From Chloroflexota bacterium (lineage in GTDB: Bacteria; Chloroflexota; Dehalococcoidia; Lucifugimonadales; Australimonadaceae): 64,000 nucleotides of DNA. A program made the position numbers and the translations under genes. Each line of letters starts with the position of its first letter. The stretch's first letter is position 1. The DNA lies in NCBI GenBank assembly GCA_009838965.1, contig VXQP01000078.1, positions 388-64,387 on the forward strand, read 5' to 3'. The notes beneath the pieces are model-generated. The model worked only from the letters and a program-made list of their open reading frames with translations, was not told the origin of the DNA and did no database searches. Shown here one piece after another: positions 1 to 9,853 of this stretch.

Positions 1-803
1 GCCGGAAGGGCGTCGAAGGCAGCCTTGTTGAAGATGACACCGGGCACGTTCTCGCCGAAGAACGGGCGCACGACGTACTGGCTGACCTCGTGCCAACTGA
101 ACGTCAGCGCGCTCTGCGCTCCGCCGCCGAGCACGGCGCCGTCAATCACTCCGCGGTCGAACGCGGTGTAGACGTCGGTGATCGGCATCGCGACGGGGAC
201 GCCCTCGAGCTGCTCAACGAACGGCTGCACACTCGGGTAGACGCGCAGGTTCAGGCCGGTGAGGTTCGCGTTGTCGGGCGGAATGGCCGTCTTCAGGACG
301 ACGCCATTGCCTACGCCGTTCGGCGTCGGGAAGAAGTAGACGCCTGCGCCGTTGGCGTAGTTCTGGTTGATGGCGTCGACGAGGCCGCAGGCCTCGCGGT
401 CGGCGTACGGCGCGTTGACGAGGTCGTTCGTGCCTGCAAGGGAGTTGAACTCCGAGTGGTAGAACGGGTGCGTGAACACGAGGTCGTAGATGCCCTCGCG
501 GATGGGCGTGAACTGCTCGAAAGCGGGGACGGCGCTGATGTCGGCGACCCAGTCGATCACGATCCGACCGTCGGACTCCTCTTCCATGTAGGGCTGCAGT
601 ATGCCCATGAAGTCCATGGCGCTCGCGTCGGTGCGGCCCCACGACGTGAGCATCCGCAACGTGACGGGCTCGGGTTCGGGCGTAGGGGTGGGCGTCGCCG
701 CGGGCGCAGGGGTGGGCGTCGGTTCGTCGTCTCCTCCGCAGCCGACGATACCCAGCGCCATCACGGCGAGCAGTGGTAAGACGAGCCAGCGTAGCTTCCT
801 CAT
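1..803 (-). CDS. TRAP transporter substrate-binding lipoprotein (DctP family), 3' end runs off the window
   Basis: Not in the ORF track. Manual translation from ATG 803 (RBS GGGAGG): MRKLRWLVLPLLAVMALGIVGCGGDD... lipobox, PT-rich linker, then DctP-like 'LTGLNLRV...EQLEGVPVAMPITDVYTAFDRGVIDGA'. Confidence 0.8.
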   Translation of the reverse strand, partial: MRKLRWLVLPLLAVMALGIVGCGGDDEPTPTPAPAATPTPTPEPEPVTLRMLTSWGRTDASAMDFMGILQPYMEEESDGRIVIDWVADISAVPAFEQFTPIREGIYDLVFTHPFYHSEFNSLAGTNDLVNAPYADREACGLVDAINQNYANGAGVYFFPTPNGVGNGVVLKTAIPPDNANLTGLNLRVYPSVQPFVEQLEGVPVAMPITDVYTAFDRGVIDGAVLGGGAQSALTFSWHEVSQYVVRPFFGENVPGVIFNKAAFDALP

Positions 804-948
804 GGTCCCTCCCTTACGAGCCTGTCACCTCAAGAGACGTCGATAGGCGGGATGCTACCACAGTGGCGGCCTATGTCGCGCCAATCTCCCGCATATCCTG
901 CCTATCTGCGTCGATTATCGAAATGGGATATGGCGCACCCGCCTGGCA

Positions 949-1030
949 GACAAGAGCACCACAAGGGGCGCCCCTGCACCGGGCCTGGATCCCCGCCTTC
1001 GCGGGAATGACGGGAAGTGCGGGATGACGG
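949..1030. repeat. Cluster of REP-like palindromes (GCACCACAAGGGGCGCCCCT and GGATCCCCGCCTTCGCGGGAATGAC)
   Basis: Imperfect palindromes. The second recurs nearly identically at 4743 and 60325. Confidence 0.7.
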
Positions 1031-1117
1031 GGTTCGCCTTGACGGTCTCGTGCGGCGGGGACACACTGGCCTGCAGGTTGGCGGGCCGACGCGCATCATC
1101 GAGCGCGGCCGCCCAGG

Positions 1118-2374
1118 TTGTGTTCATTGCGCTTTCTTCCAACGGGGCTCTGGCGGCAGGAGACTTTCCTCAAGCTCTGGGCTAGCCAGACGCTCACGCA
1201 CGCGGGTTTCCAGATGCAGTACCTCGCGGTGCCGCTGGTGGCGGCCCTGCTTCTCGATGCGACGCCCCTGCAGATGGGCATCCTCGCCTCGTTCGGGGGC
1301 GCTCCCGCAATCGTAGTAGGCGTGTTCGCCGGTATCTGGATAGACCGGCGGTCGAAGCGGGCCGTGCTCATCGGCGCGGCCTGGGGGAACGCGCTCGCTT
1401 TCCTGGTCATCGCCATCTCCGCATGGCTCGGCTTCCTCAGCATCCCCCTTCTGTTCGCACTCGCATTCGCGCTGGGAGGTCTGCGTTTCATCGTGGACGT
1501 CACCTACCGGGCATTCCTGCCGTCGCTCGTTCTACGGGCGCAGCTCATCGAGGCCAACAGCAAACTGGAGATAGGCCGGTCCGCAACCGAGATCGGTGGC
1601 CCCGGTTTCACGGGGACCCTGATCCAGGCCGTGTCGGCGCCGTTCGCCCTGGTCGTGGGCGCGCTCGCCTACGCTGGCTCGGCGTTGTCGCTCCACAGGA
1701 TGCGTCCGCGGACGGATGTTTCGCCGCGGGCAACTGCGTTGAGTGTCCGCGGCGAGTTGCGGGAGGGGCTGGCGTTCGTGATGAAGAGCCCCGTTCTGCG
1801 AGGGCTGACGATCGCCGCGGCGATGGTCGGAGGAACCAACGCGGCGATCGACTCCGTGGGACTGCTCTACCTAGTGCGCCAGCTTGACCTCACGCCGGGC
1901 CTCATAGGGGTGATGTTCTCGGTCAGCGGCGTCGGGTGGCTGGTCGGGGCATCGCTTGCGAGGCAGACGACGCGAAGGATCGGGCTCGGCAGGTCGACGG
2001 CGGCCGGGCTGTTCCTGATGACGGCTGGCGACGTCATCATTCCCCTGGCCGGAGGGCCGACGACCATCGTGATGCTGCTGCTGGCTGGCGGGGCGTTCCT
2101 GTTCGGGGCGGGTCTTGTCACGTACATCATCGCGCGGACGAGCCTGCAGCAGAGCATGACGCCGGACCGCCTGCAGGGGCGAGTGAACGTCGTGCTCAGG
2201 ATGGCCTTCCTGGGGGCAATCTCCATCGGAGCGCTGGTTGGCGGGGTGCTCGGCGAGACCATCGGGCTGCGCCCCACGCTGTTCATCGGGGCGGGAGGCG
2301 AGCTGCTGACGGGCGTCTTCCTGCTGTGGTCGGCGGTGTCGCGGGTGCGTGAGGCGCCGGCGAGCGGGGAGTAG
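1118..2374 (+). CDS. MFS transporter (MFS_3/DHA3-like)
   Basis: About 12 hydrophobic segments, 'FLKLWASQTL', motif A-like 'GIWIDRRSKR', C-terminal 'PDRLQGRVN'. Confidence 0.85.
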   Translation: MCSLRFLPTGLWRQETFLKLWASQTLTHAGFQMQYLAVPLVAALLLDATPLQMGILASFGGAPAIVVGVFAGIWIDRRSKRAVLIGAAWGNALAFLVIAISAWLGFLSIPLLFALAFALGGLRFIVDVTYRAFLPSLVLRAQLIEANSKLEIGRSATEIGGPGFTGTLIQAVSAPFALVVGALAYAGSALSLHRMRPRTDVSPRATALSVRGELREGLAFVMKSPVLRGLTIAAAMVGGTNAAIDSVGLLYLVRQLDLTPGLIGVMFSVSGVGWLVGASLARQTTRRIGLGRSTAAGLFLMTAGDVIIPLAGGPTTIVMLLLAGGAFLFGAGLVTYIIARTSLQQSMTPDRLQGRVNVVLRMAFLGAISIGALVGGVLGETIGLRPTLFIGAGGELLTGVFLLWSAVSRVREAPASGE

Positions 2375-2400
2375 GCATCCTCGCCTCCCCGCCGATCCAC

Positions 2401-2467
2401 CCTCTCCTCTCCAGGGAGAGGGAATCAGGCAACCTGAGAGATTCCTCGGCCTCGCTCGGAATGACAG
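2401..2467. repeat. Two REP-like hairpins (CCTCTCC..GGAGAGG and GAGATTCCTCGGCCTCGCTCGGAATGACA)
   Basis: Inverted repeats after the MFS stop, related to other intergenic repeats in the window. Confidence 0.55.
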
Positions 2468-2499
2468 GCTGCTCGCAGAACGACGAGGCGTGCTGCGCG

Positions 2500-2528
2500 T
2501 TGACGCACTCCCCTGCCGGTGCTACATT
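2500..2528 (+). promoter_or_regulatory. Sigma70-type promoter of hrcA
   Basis: TTGACG(2500-2505)-17 nt-TACATT(2523-2528), with TG extension. Confidence 0.75.
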
Positions 2529-2540
2529 CGGTTGGAGGAG

Positions 2541-2567
2541 TTAGCACTTGAGCGAGCCGACTGCTAA
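2541..2567 (+). promoter_or_regulatory. CIRCE operator (HrcA binding site)
   Basis: TTAGCACTT-N9-GACTGCTAA versus consensus TTAGCACTC-N9-GAGTGCTAA. Overlaps the hrcA TTG start. Confidence 0.9.
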
Positions 2568-3618
2568 TCCGGCGACACCCGCCCTCAACACCCGCAGGCA
2601 GGCGCTGCTGGAGATCATCGTGAGCGACTATATCGAGACGGCGGCGCCCGTCTCGTCGCAGCAGCTCGCACGACGCTACGAACTGCGCGTCAGCCCCGCG
2701 ACCATCCGGAACGACATGGCGGAGCTGGAGGAGATGGGCTACATCTCGCGACCGCACACGTCGGCGGGCGGCGTGCCGTCCGACCCGGGCTACCGCTTCT
2801 ACGTGGAGCGCGCCGGACAGCGCAACCGCCTCCCACGCCACTTCCAGGAGCGCGTCCGCGACGCCATCGACTTCGACGAAGCCGACCCCGCGGCGTGGGC
2901 CCGCAGCGCCGCCCGCGTACTCGCCAGCGCCGTCCACAACCTCGCCATCGCCACCACCGTCAAGCGCGCCATCGCGCGGGTGAAGCAGGTGCAGATCGTG
3001 CACCTGCACGACCGCGAGGCGCTCCTCGTGGTGGTGATGCAGGACGCGCAGCTGCGGCAGCGCATCATCCACCTGGGGTCGGACACGCCGCAGGATGAAC
3101 TTACCCAGGTCGCCAACCGGCTGAACCAACTCATCGGCGGCATGAGCACGGCGGAACTGCGCACGCTCTGGGACTCAGGTGCGGTCGGCGGACACCTCGT
3201 CACGACCGCACTCACGGAGACGATCCGCATCCTGTCCGACGAAGAGCGCAAGGAGACGCGCGAGCGGTACCTGAACGGCCTGGGGCACATGCTGAGCCAG
3301 CCTGAGTTCCAGTCCGGCAAAAGCGCGCAGGACGCCGCCGAAGTGCTCGACGACGACTCCATCACCCGGATATTCGACGAATCGCCGCGCCCGGCAGAGG
3401 TGCGCGTCGTCATCGGCCAGGAGAGCCACGACGAGCACCTGCGCCCCTACAGCGTCGTCTACGCGACCTACGGCGCGCCGGACGGGGCGACGGGCGTCAT
3501 CGGCACGATGGGGCCCACGCGCATGGACTACACGCGTTCCATGTCCAGTGTCCGTTACCTCGCCGCGTTCCTGAGCGAACTCGTGCAGGCACTCGAACCC
3601 TCGCCTCAGTGGCAGTAG
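2548..3618 (+). CDS. hrcA: Heat-inducible transcription repressor HrcA
   Basis: '[14 protein letters not shown]', '[26 protein letters not shown]', 'GPTRMDY'. CIRCE upstream. Confidence 0.97.
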   Translation: MSEPTANPATPALNTRRQALLEIIVSDYIETAAPVSSQQLARRYELRVSPATIRNDMAELEEMGYISRPHTSAGGVPSDPGYRFYVERAGQRNRLPRHFQERVRDAIDFDEADPAAWARSAARVLASAVHNLAIATTVKRAIARVKQVQIVHLHDREALLVVVMQDAQLRQRIIHLGSDTPQDELTQVANRLNQLIGGMSTAELRTLWDSGAVGGHLVTTALTETIRILSDEERKETRERYLNGLGHMLSQPEFQSGKSAQDAAEVLDDDSITRIFDESPRPAEVRVVIGQESHDEHLRPYSVVYATYGAPDGATGVIGTMGPTRMDYTRSMSSVRYLAAFLSELVQALEPSPQWQ

Positions 3619-3628
3619 CCGCGTCCCC

Positions 3629-4708
3629 ATGACCACGAAACGCGATTACTACGACGTGCTTGGCGTCAGCGCGCAGGCGTCCGAGGAGGACATCCGCAAG
3701 GCCTTCCGCGCGAAGGCGATGGAGTACCACCCGGACCGCAACAAGGCGAGCGACGCGTCGGAGCGCTTCAAAGAGGTCAACGAGGCGTACCAGGTGCTGA
3801 GCGACCCGGAGCGCCGCCAGCAGTACGACCGCTTCGGCCACGCGGGCGTCCGCAACGGCGCGGGACAGGGCGCCGGCGGTTTCGAGGGCTTCGACATCTT
3901 CGGCGGCTTCGGCGACATCTTCGACGCTTTCTTCGGCAGCGGGACGGCGTCGCGGACACGCCCGCGCCAGGGCGAGGACGTGCGCGTGAACGTCAGTGTC
4001 ACGTTCGAGGAAGCCGCGTTCGGGGTCCAGCGGGAGGTCGAGATCAACCGCACCGAGCAGTGCCCGTCGTGCAAAGGCACACGCGCCGAGCCGGGAACGC
4101 AGCCGGAGACGTGTACGAACTGCAACGGCAGCGGGCGCGTCCGCCGCGCCCAGCGTTCCGTGTTCGGGCAGTTCGTCACGGAGGCCGCCTGCAACGTGTG
4201 CGGCGGCGAGGGTCGCCGCATCACGACGCCCTGCACCGACTGCAGAGGCGCCGGGTACAAGCGCGCGAAGCAGCGCATCGAGGTCTCCATCCCTGCTGGG
4301 GTGTACCACGGCGCGTTGCTGGAGTTGCGCGGACAGGGTCACGCGGGGATGTTCGGCGGACCTCCGGGCAGCCTGCTCGTGGGTGTGCAGGTGCAGTCGC
4401 ACGGGTGGTTCAAGCGTCGCGAGAACAGCGCCGACGTGCTGCTGGACCTCAACGTCACATTCCCCGGCGCAGCGCTCGGCATCGAGATGGAGGTGCCGAC
4501 GCTCGACGGGATGGACAAGATCAAGGTGCCCGCCGGGATACAGTCCGGCGAGGTGTTGCGCATGAGGGGCAAGGGCATCCCGCACCTGGGACGCGAGGGG
4601 CGCCGCGGCGACCAGCTCGTGACCGTCCGAGTGCAGACGCCGGACAAGCTGTCCAAGGAGCAGAAGAAGCTGCTGGAGGAGCTCCAGCGCTCTTTCGAGA
4701 AGAAGTAA
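3629..4708 (+). CDS. dnaJ: Molecular chaperone DnaJ
   Basis: J domain with HPD, G/F-rich region, four CxxCxGxG-type zinc-finger repeats, C-terminal domain. Confidence 0.97.
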   Translation: MTTKRDYYDVLGVSAQASEEDIRKAFRAKAMEYHPDRNKASDASERFKEVNEAYQVLSDPERRQQYDRFGHAGVRNGAGQGAGGFEGFDIFGGFGDIFDAFFGSGTASRTRPRQGEDVRVNVSVTFEEAAFGVQREVEINRTEQCPSCKGTRAEPGTQPETCTNCNGSGRVRRAQRSVFGQFVTEAACNVCGGEGRRITTPCTDCRGAGYKRAKQRIEVSIPAGVYHGALLELRGQGHAGMFGGPPGSLLVGVQVQSHGWFKRRENSADVLLDLNVTFPGAALGIEMEVPTLDGMDKIKVPAGIQSGEVLRMRGKGIPHLGREGRRGDQLVTVRVQTPDKLSKEQKKLLEELQRSFEKK

Positions 4709-4740
4709 GGGCTCCTGCGCGGTGTGCGCTGGCGCGCACT

Positions 4741-4805
4741 CTGGATTCCCGCCTTCGCGGGAATGACGGAAGGGCGCGGGAATGACGGAGGGGCGGGAAT
4801 GACGA
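4741..4805. repeat. REP-like palindrome GGATTCCCGCCTTCGCGGGAATGAC followed by two extra tandem copies of its 3' arm
   Basis: GCGGGAATGACG at 4757, 4776 and 4793. Confidence 0.75.
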
Positions 4806-4814
4806 GGTTGGTGG

Positions 4815-5729
4815 TTGGCTGAGCACCCCTGGTTGGAATTGAAGATACGCGTACCGTTCGAGTTCGTTGAGCCGGTGGCGGAACTGTTCCGTCGCTACGG
4901 CAAGGGCGGCGTCGCGATCGAGGAGGCGGGCGGCTGGAACCCGGACGAGGGCGAGTCGCCCCCGGAGCGGCAGAGCGCCGTGCTCCGCACGTACATGCCG
5001 CAGACGCCGGGGTACCGCAGGAACCGGGAGATCGTCCACATCGGCATCCAACTGGTCGGCAAGCTGACCGACCTGCCGGAGCTGGAGGAGCGCGAGATAC
5101 TGGAGCGGGAGTGGGAGGACGCGTGGAAGGCGCACTTCACGCCGCTCCGCATCGGCAAGCACCTGCTCGTGCAACCACCCTGGCTTCGCGAGGAGGCGGG
5201 GCCGGACGACATAGTCATCGAGATCGACCCCGGCCTCGCGTTCGGGACGGGCCACCATCCAACGACGAACCGCACGCTGGAGTGCATGGAGCGGCTGATG
5301 CGCCCCGGCCTGCACGTGCTGGACGTGGGTTCCGGCTCCGGCATCCTGAGCATCGGCGCGGCGAAACTGGGCGCGGCCCGCGTGCTGGGCGTCGAGATAG
5401 ACCGCGTCGCGCTCAAAGCGGGGCGTGTCAACGTGCGCTCGAACGGCGTCTCGGGTCGCGTCCGGTTCTACGCAGGGACGCTCCCCAACGAGAGGATCCC
5501 AGCCGGGTGGGCAGAGCTGCTGCTCGCGAACGTCAACTCGGTCGCGCTGGCGAACCTCGCGCCGGAGCTGCGGTGCACGCTCGCGCCGGACGGTCGGCTC
5601 GTCGCCGCGGGCATCCTGCAGGAGCGGCGTCAGCAGGTCGTGGACGCGTTCGCGGCCGCGGGGCTGTCGTTCGTCGAGGAGCACCACGACGGCGACTGGG
5701 TGACGTTCGTATGCGCGGGGATGGCGTAG
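4815..5729 (+). CDS. prmA: Ribosomal protein L11 methyltransferase PrmA
   Basis: 'IDPGLAFGTGHHPTT', SAM motif 'VLDVGSGSGILSI'. Follows dnaJ. Confidence 0.95.
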   Translation: MAEHPWLELKIRVPFEFVEPVAELFRRYGKGGVAIEEAGGWNPDEGESPPERQSAVLRTYMPQTPGYRRNREIVHIGIQLVGKLTDLPELEEREILEREWEDAWKAHFTPLRIGKHLLVQPPWLREEAGPDDIVIEIDPGLAFGTGHHPTTNRTLECMERLMRPGLHVLDVGSGSGILSIGAAKLGAARVLGVEIDRVALKAGRVNVRSNGVSGRVRFYAGTLPNERIPAGWAELLLANVNSVALANLAPELRCTLAPDGRLVAAGILQERRQQVVDAFAAAGLSFVEEHHDGDWVTFVCAGMA

Positions 5730-5745
5730 GCCAAGCCACGCCCAT

Positions 5746-5855
5746 TCACCCCCATCCTAGCCTTCCCCCATCGAGGGGAAGGAATCCACTACCCCTACTC
5801 CCAAGCCCCGCGGTTCACCCTCACCCTAACCCTCTCCCCTCAAGGGAGAGGGGAC
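5746..5855. repeat. Two copies of the CACCC..CCT(A)ACCTTCCCC-N-GGGGAAGG / CCCTCTCCC-N-GGGAGAGGG hairpin repeat between convergent genes
   Basis: Inverted repeats at about 5746-5783 and 5816-5854. A similar copy lies at 29231-29271. Confidence 0.7.
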
Positions 5856-7972
5856 CAAGCGGGAGTGGCGACGGAGCCGTCCTGCAAGCGGGCCAGCTCT
5901 TCGAGCGGGATGTGGCAGTGGATCTCGTGCGTCGGCGAGCCGGGCGAGGTCTGCACCGGCGGCGGGGTGTTGTCGCAGACGTCTCCGAGTTTGCGCGGGC
6001 AGCGGGAGGCGAAGAAGCAGCCCTCGAACTGTTCATGCTGCTTCGGCACCGAGCCGCCCAGGCGTATCGGCGTCGGGGTCGCGTCGGGGTCGGGTACCGG
6101 CGCTGCGGACAGCAGCGCTTCGGTGTACGGGTGCGACGGCGTGGAGAGCACGTCCTCCGCAGGGCCAGACTCGGCGACGTGTCCCGCGTAGAGCACAAGG
6201 ATCTCGTCGGAGACGTAGCGCACGACGCCGAGGTCGTGGGAGATGAAGACGTAGGACGTTCCCTTCTCGCGCTGGTGGTCCTCCAGCAGATTGAGCACCT
6301 GGGCCTGGACGGAGACGTCGAGCGCGGAGACGGGCTCGTCTGCGACGATGAGCTCGGGATCTCCGGCGAAGGCAGCCGCGAGCGCCACGCGCTGCTGCTG
6401 CCCGCCACTGAGCTGCAGCGGCTGGCGGTCCATGTAGGACGCGTCGAGGCCAACGGACTCCAGCAGCTCGCAGGCCCGCTCTTCGCGCTCGCTGGGGCTC
6501 ATATCAGTGAACTTCTGCAAGGGACGCAGGATGTTGTGGCGCACCGGCAGTTTCGGGTTGAGCGAGGAGGTCGGGTTCTGGAAGACCATCCGGAGCGACC
6601 CCTTCTGGTCGGCGTTCCGGTTGTCGGCCTCCGCCGGCAACTCCTCCCCGCGCAGCTCGACGTCGCCGCTGTCGCGCGGCACGAGACCCACGATGCTGCG
6701 GGCGACGGTGCTCTTGCCGGAACCGCTCTCGCCAACGATACCGACGGTACGTCCGGCGCCGACGTTGAAGTCGACGTTCTCCACCGCGCGAACGGGAGGC
6801 TTCACCTTCGGGCCGAAGAAGAGGTACTTCCGCTGCCACTTGCCGTAGACGCGATGCAGACCCTTGACAGTGAGCGTCGGCTCCTTGCCGTTCTCGTGCG
6901 GGGCTTCCCGCTCGACGGACTCGTCCCAGAGGTCCGTGCTGACCTTGTCTGGGTAGAAACAGCGCGACTCGTGAGAGTTGCTCACCGAGGCTGGATGCGG
7001 GGCCTCACCTGTGCAGCGGTCCGTGGCCATGGGGCAGCGATCGGAGAACAGGCACATGCCTGGGTCGGCCTGCGCGCTGGGGAAAACGGAGCCCTGAATG
7101 CTCTGGAGCCGAGTGACCGCCCCGGTGTCGGCGACCGGTTTGGGGACGCAGCTGAGCAGCCCGACGGTGTACGGGTGGCGCGGGTCCTTGAACAGGTCGC
7201 GCACCGGCGCTTCCTCCACGGTCTGTCCTGCGTACATCACCACGACACGGTCCGCGATGCGCGCGACGACGCCCAGGTTGTGACTCACGTACAGGATGCC
7301 GGCGTTCACGCGGCCCTTGAGGTCCGCAACGAGGTCGAGGATGGTGGCCTCTGTGGTGACGTCCAATCCGGTCGTTGGCTCGTCCATCAGCAGGAGGTCG
7401 GGGTCGCACGCGAGCGCCATGGCGATGACGATGCGCTGCTGCTGGCCTCCACTGAGCTGATGGGGATAGCTCTCAGCGATCCGCTCGGGGTCGGGCAAGC
7501 CGACGCTCTCGATCAGCTCCACCATGCGCTCGGCGGCCTGCGCGGCGTCGAGATCCAGGTGTTCGCTGATGGCCTCCAGTACCTGGAGGCCGACCTTCAT
7601 GGTGGGGTTCAGCGCGAGGGCCGGGTCCTGGTAGACCATCGCTATGCGGTTTCCGCGCAGCGCACGGAGTTCGGCAGGCCCAAGCTCAGCCATGTCCTGA
7701 CCATCGAGGTAGACCGCTCCACCCACCTCCGGTTCACCGGGCAGATAGCCCATGATGGCATAGGCCATGGTGGACTTGCCGCAGCCCGATTCGCCCACGA
7801 GGCCGACGACCTCGCCGCGCTTGATCTCGAACGAGGCGTCGCGCACGGCGTGTACCGCTCCGGTGGGCGTAAAGAAGGTGACGGAGAGCCCGTCCACCTT
7901 CAGCAGCGGCTGGTCCGCGTCAGCGATCCGGGCGGTGGTTGTCTCGAGTGTGGATGTGATCGTGGTGGCCAT
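5840..7972 (-). CDS. Peptide/nickel ABC transporter ATP-binding protein, fused dual ATPase (OppD-OppF type)
   Basis: Two Walker A motifs (GESGCGKS, GESGSGKS), two LSGGQQQR signatures, two 'HPYT' oligopeptide tails. Start chosen at ATG 7972, coupled to the upstream stop (TAATG). Confidence 0.93.
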   Translation of the reverse strand: MATTITSTLETTTARIADADQPLLKVDGLSVTFFTPTGAVHAVRDASFEIKRGEVVGLVGESGCGKSTMAYAIMGYLPGEPEVGGAVYLDGQDMAELGPAELRALRGNRIAMVYQDPALALNPTMKVGLQVLEAISEHLDLDAAQAAERMVELIESVGLPDPERIAESYPHQLSGGQQQRIVIAMALACDPDLLLMDEPTTGLDVTTEATILDLVADLKGRVNAGILYVSHNLGVVARIADRVVVMYAGQTVEEAPVRDLFKDPRHPYTVGLLSCVPKPVADTGAVTRLQSIQGSVFPSAQADPGMCLFSDRCPMATDRCTGEAPHPASVSNSHESRCFYPDKVSTDLWDESVEREAPHENGKEPTLTVKGLHRVYGKWQRKYLFFGPKVKPPVRAVENVDFNVGAGRTVGIVGESGSGKSTVARSIVGLVPRDSGDVELRGEELPAEADNRNADQKGSLRMVFQNPTSSLNPKLPVRHNILRPLQKFTDMSPSEREERACELLESVGLDASYMDRQPLQLSGGQQQRVALAAAFAGDPELIVADEPVSALDVSVQAQVLNLLEDHQREKGTSYVFISHDLGVVRYVSDEILVLYAGHVAESGPAEDVLSTPSHPYTEALLSAAPVPDPDATPTPIRLGGSVPKQHEQFEGCFFASRCPRKLGDVCDNTPPPVQTSPGSPTHEIHCHIPLEELARLQDGSVATPAWSPLP

Positions 7973-8895
7973 TACGCCTCCCTCTTCGGCAACTCCCTTG
8001 CCTGCTTGATGCCGTCCGCCAGCAGGTTGACCCCAATCACGAGCGACGCCACTGCGGCTGCCGGCGCAAGCGCAACCCATGGGGCCCCGGTGATGAAGAT
8101 GCGGCTCTCGCTGATCATGAGCCCCCAGTCCGAGGACGGCGGCTGCACGCCGAGTCCGAGGAACCCGAGCGACGCGACGAGCAGGATCGAGTAGCTGAAC
8201 CGGACCGACGCCTCGACGGCGAGAACCGGCAGCGTGTTGGGCAGTATCTCCCGGAAGATGATGTAGACGTTCGGCTCGCCGCGCAGCCGCGCAGCATCGA
8301 CGAACTCCAGGCTCTTCACCGCCAAGGTGGAGGAGCGCATCACCCGGGCAACAGGCGCGATGAACACGATGCCGATAGTGCCGGCGATGTTGATGGGGTT
8401 CGGTCCAAGGCTCGTGAGCACGAGGAGCGCTATCAGCAGCGAGGGGAACGACATCATGGCGTCCATGATGCGCATCACCACCTCGTCCGTGCGCCCTCCC
8501 TTGTACCCACTGCTCATCCCGACGACGGTGCCGAGGGCGATGCCGAGCAACGCGCCCGCCGCCGCCACCGAGATCAGCGACGTGGCGCCCGACATCACCC
8601 TGCTGAGCACGTCCCTGCCGAACTGGTCGGTGCCGAGCAGGAACTGGAGCGACGGCCCTTCCAGCTGATGGTCCTCGATGTGGAACTGCGTTGGCGGGTA
8701 CGGCGCCAGGGCCTGGCCGAACAGCGCGAGGACCACGTGCAGGACCACCAGCGGCAAGCCGATCCTGCCCGCCGGAGTGCGGAGCGCAAGCCGTACCAGT
8801 GAGGCAAGCGCCCGCAGCAGAGCAGCCGCTATCGATGTTGCCGCATCGAGCGGGCCCAACTGCATCCTGGGGGAAGCCGTCGGAGCTGCCATCAC
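7972..8895 (-). CDS. Peptide/nickel ABC transporter permease (OppC/DppC type)
   Basis: 'LLGTDQFGRDVLSR', EAA-loop 'EFVDAARLRGE', 'LGFLGLGVQPP'. Confidence 0.93.
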   Translation of the reverse strand: MMAAPTASPRMQLGPLDAATSIAAALLRALASLVRLALRTPAGRIGLPLVVLHVVLALFGQALAPYPPTQFHIEDHQLEGPSLQFLLGTDQFGRDVLSRVMSGATSLISVAAAGALLGIALGTVVGMSSGYKGGRTDEVVMRIMDAMMSFPSLLIALLVLTSLGPNPINIAGTIGIVFIAPVARVMRSSTLAVKSLEFVDAARLRGEPNVYIIFREILPNTLPVLAVEASVRFSYSILLVASLGFLGLGVQPPSSDWGLMISESRIFITGAPWVALAPAAAVASLVIGVNLLADGIKQARELPKREA

Positions 8896-9836
8896 GTCAG
8901 CCTTATCCGCGGATCGAGGGCGCCGTAGCTGAGGTCCGCCACGAGATTACTGAGCGCGTACGTCCCCGCGATGATGAGTGCGAGGGTCTGCAGCAGAGGA
9001 ACGTCACGCGTGTTGATGGCAGTCAGCAGCAGTTGTCCCAGACCGGGGTAGGCGAAGACGTTCTCCACGATGATGAGCCCGCCGAGCATCCATCCCATGT
9101 TCACGGCGATCACGCTGATCGTCGGGAGCATGGCATTCGGGACGACATGCCGGAGCAGTACGCGCCGCATCGGCAGTCCCTTCAGCACCGCCGTGCGAAC
9201 GTATTGCGTGTTCAGTACCTCGATGACGTTGGCCCGCGTCATCCGCATGATGTACGCGAACAGCACGCCGGTCAGCGTCAGCGTGGGAAGCACGAGGATC
9301 AAGGGTCTCGTGAGCGGGCTCGTCCCCGGCAGGATCGCACTCGATGAGGGGAGCCAGCCGAGGAACGACGAGAACACGATGATCAACAGGACTCCCGTCA
9401 CGAACTCGGGCAGCGAGATGGCCACGAGGCTCCCGACCGACACGGCATGGTCCGTCTTCGACCCTTGCCGCACCCCCATCCATACGCCTATGGCGACGGC
9501 CGAGGGCACCGCGACGAGGAAGGCGAACCCCGCCAGGATCAGCGAGTTCGCCAGTCTCGGCGCGATCACCTGCGTCACCGGGATCTTCTGGACGAAGGAG
9601 TCGCCCATGTCGCCCCGGACCACCCCGCCGATCCAGTCCAGGTAGCGGACCGGGGCGGGGCGGTCCAGGCCAAGCGTCTCCCGGATGTGCTTCAGGTTCT
9701 GTTCGGTGGCGCCTTGCCCCATGACCATCTGCGCGACATCGCCGGGCAGGATCTCCGTGATGGCGAAGATGGCTGTCGAGACCACAAGAAGGGTCACGAC
9801 GATCAGGCTGATGCGCCTTACCAGGAACCGCGTCAT
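8892..9836 (-). CDS. Peptide/nickel ABC transporter permease (OppB/DppB type)
   Basis: 'LPGD', 'LGLDRP', 'YVRTAVLKGL', 'LDPRIR'. Confidence 0.93.
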   Translation of the reverse strand: MTRFLVRRISLIVVTLLVVSTAIFAITEILPGDVAQMVMGQGATEQNLKHIRETLGLDRPAPVRYLDWIGGVVRGDMGDSFVQKIPVTQVIAPRLANSLILAGFAFLVAVPSAVAIGVWMGVRQGSKTDHAVSVGSLVAISLPEFVTGVLLIIVFSSFLGWLPSSSAILPGTSPLTRPLILVLPTLTLTGVLFAYIMRMTRANVIEVLNTQYVRTAVLKGLPMRRVLLRHVVPNAMLPTISVIAVNMGWMLGGLIIVENVFAYPGLGQLLLTAINTRDVPLLQTLALIIAGTYALSNLVADLSYGALDPRIRLT

Positions 9837-9853
9837 TTGCCGTTACCCGCCTT

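Noticed and set aside
4741-4805. Possible mini-CRISPR array
   Set aside because: 12-nt units with 5-7-nt spacers, derived from a dispersed REP-like palindrome. No cas genes.
5111-8194. 1027-aa plus-strand ORF (likewise 17220-19154, 37001-39505, 43149-46037, 54977-56893, 61910-63814)
   Set aside because: Antisense or off-frame shadows of well-supported genes, expected in high-GC DNA. No recognisable motifs.
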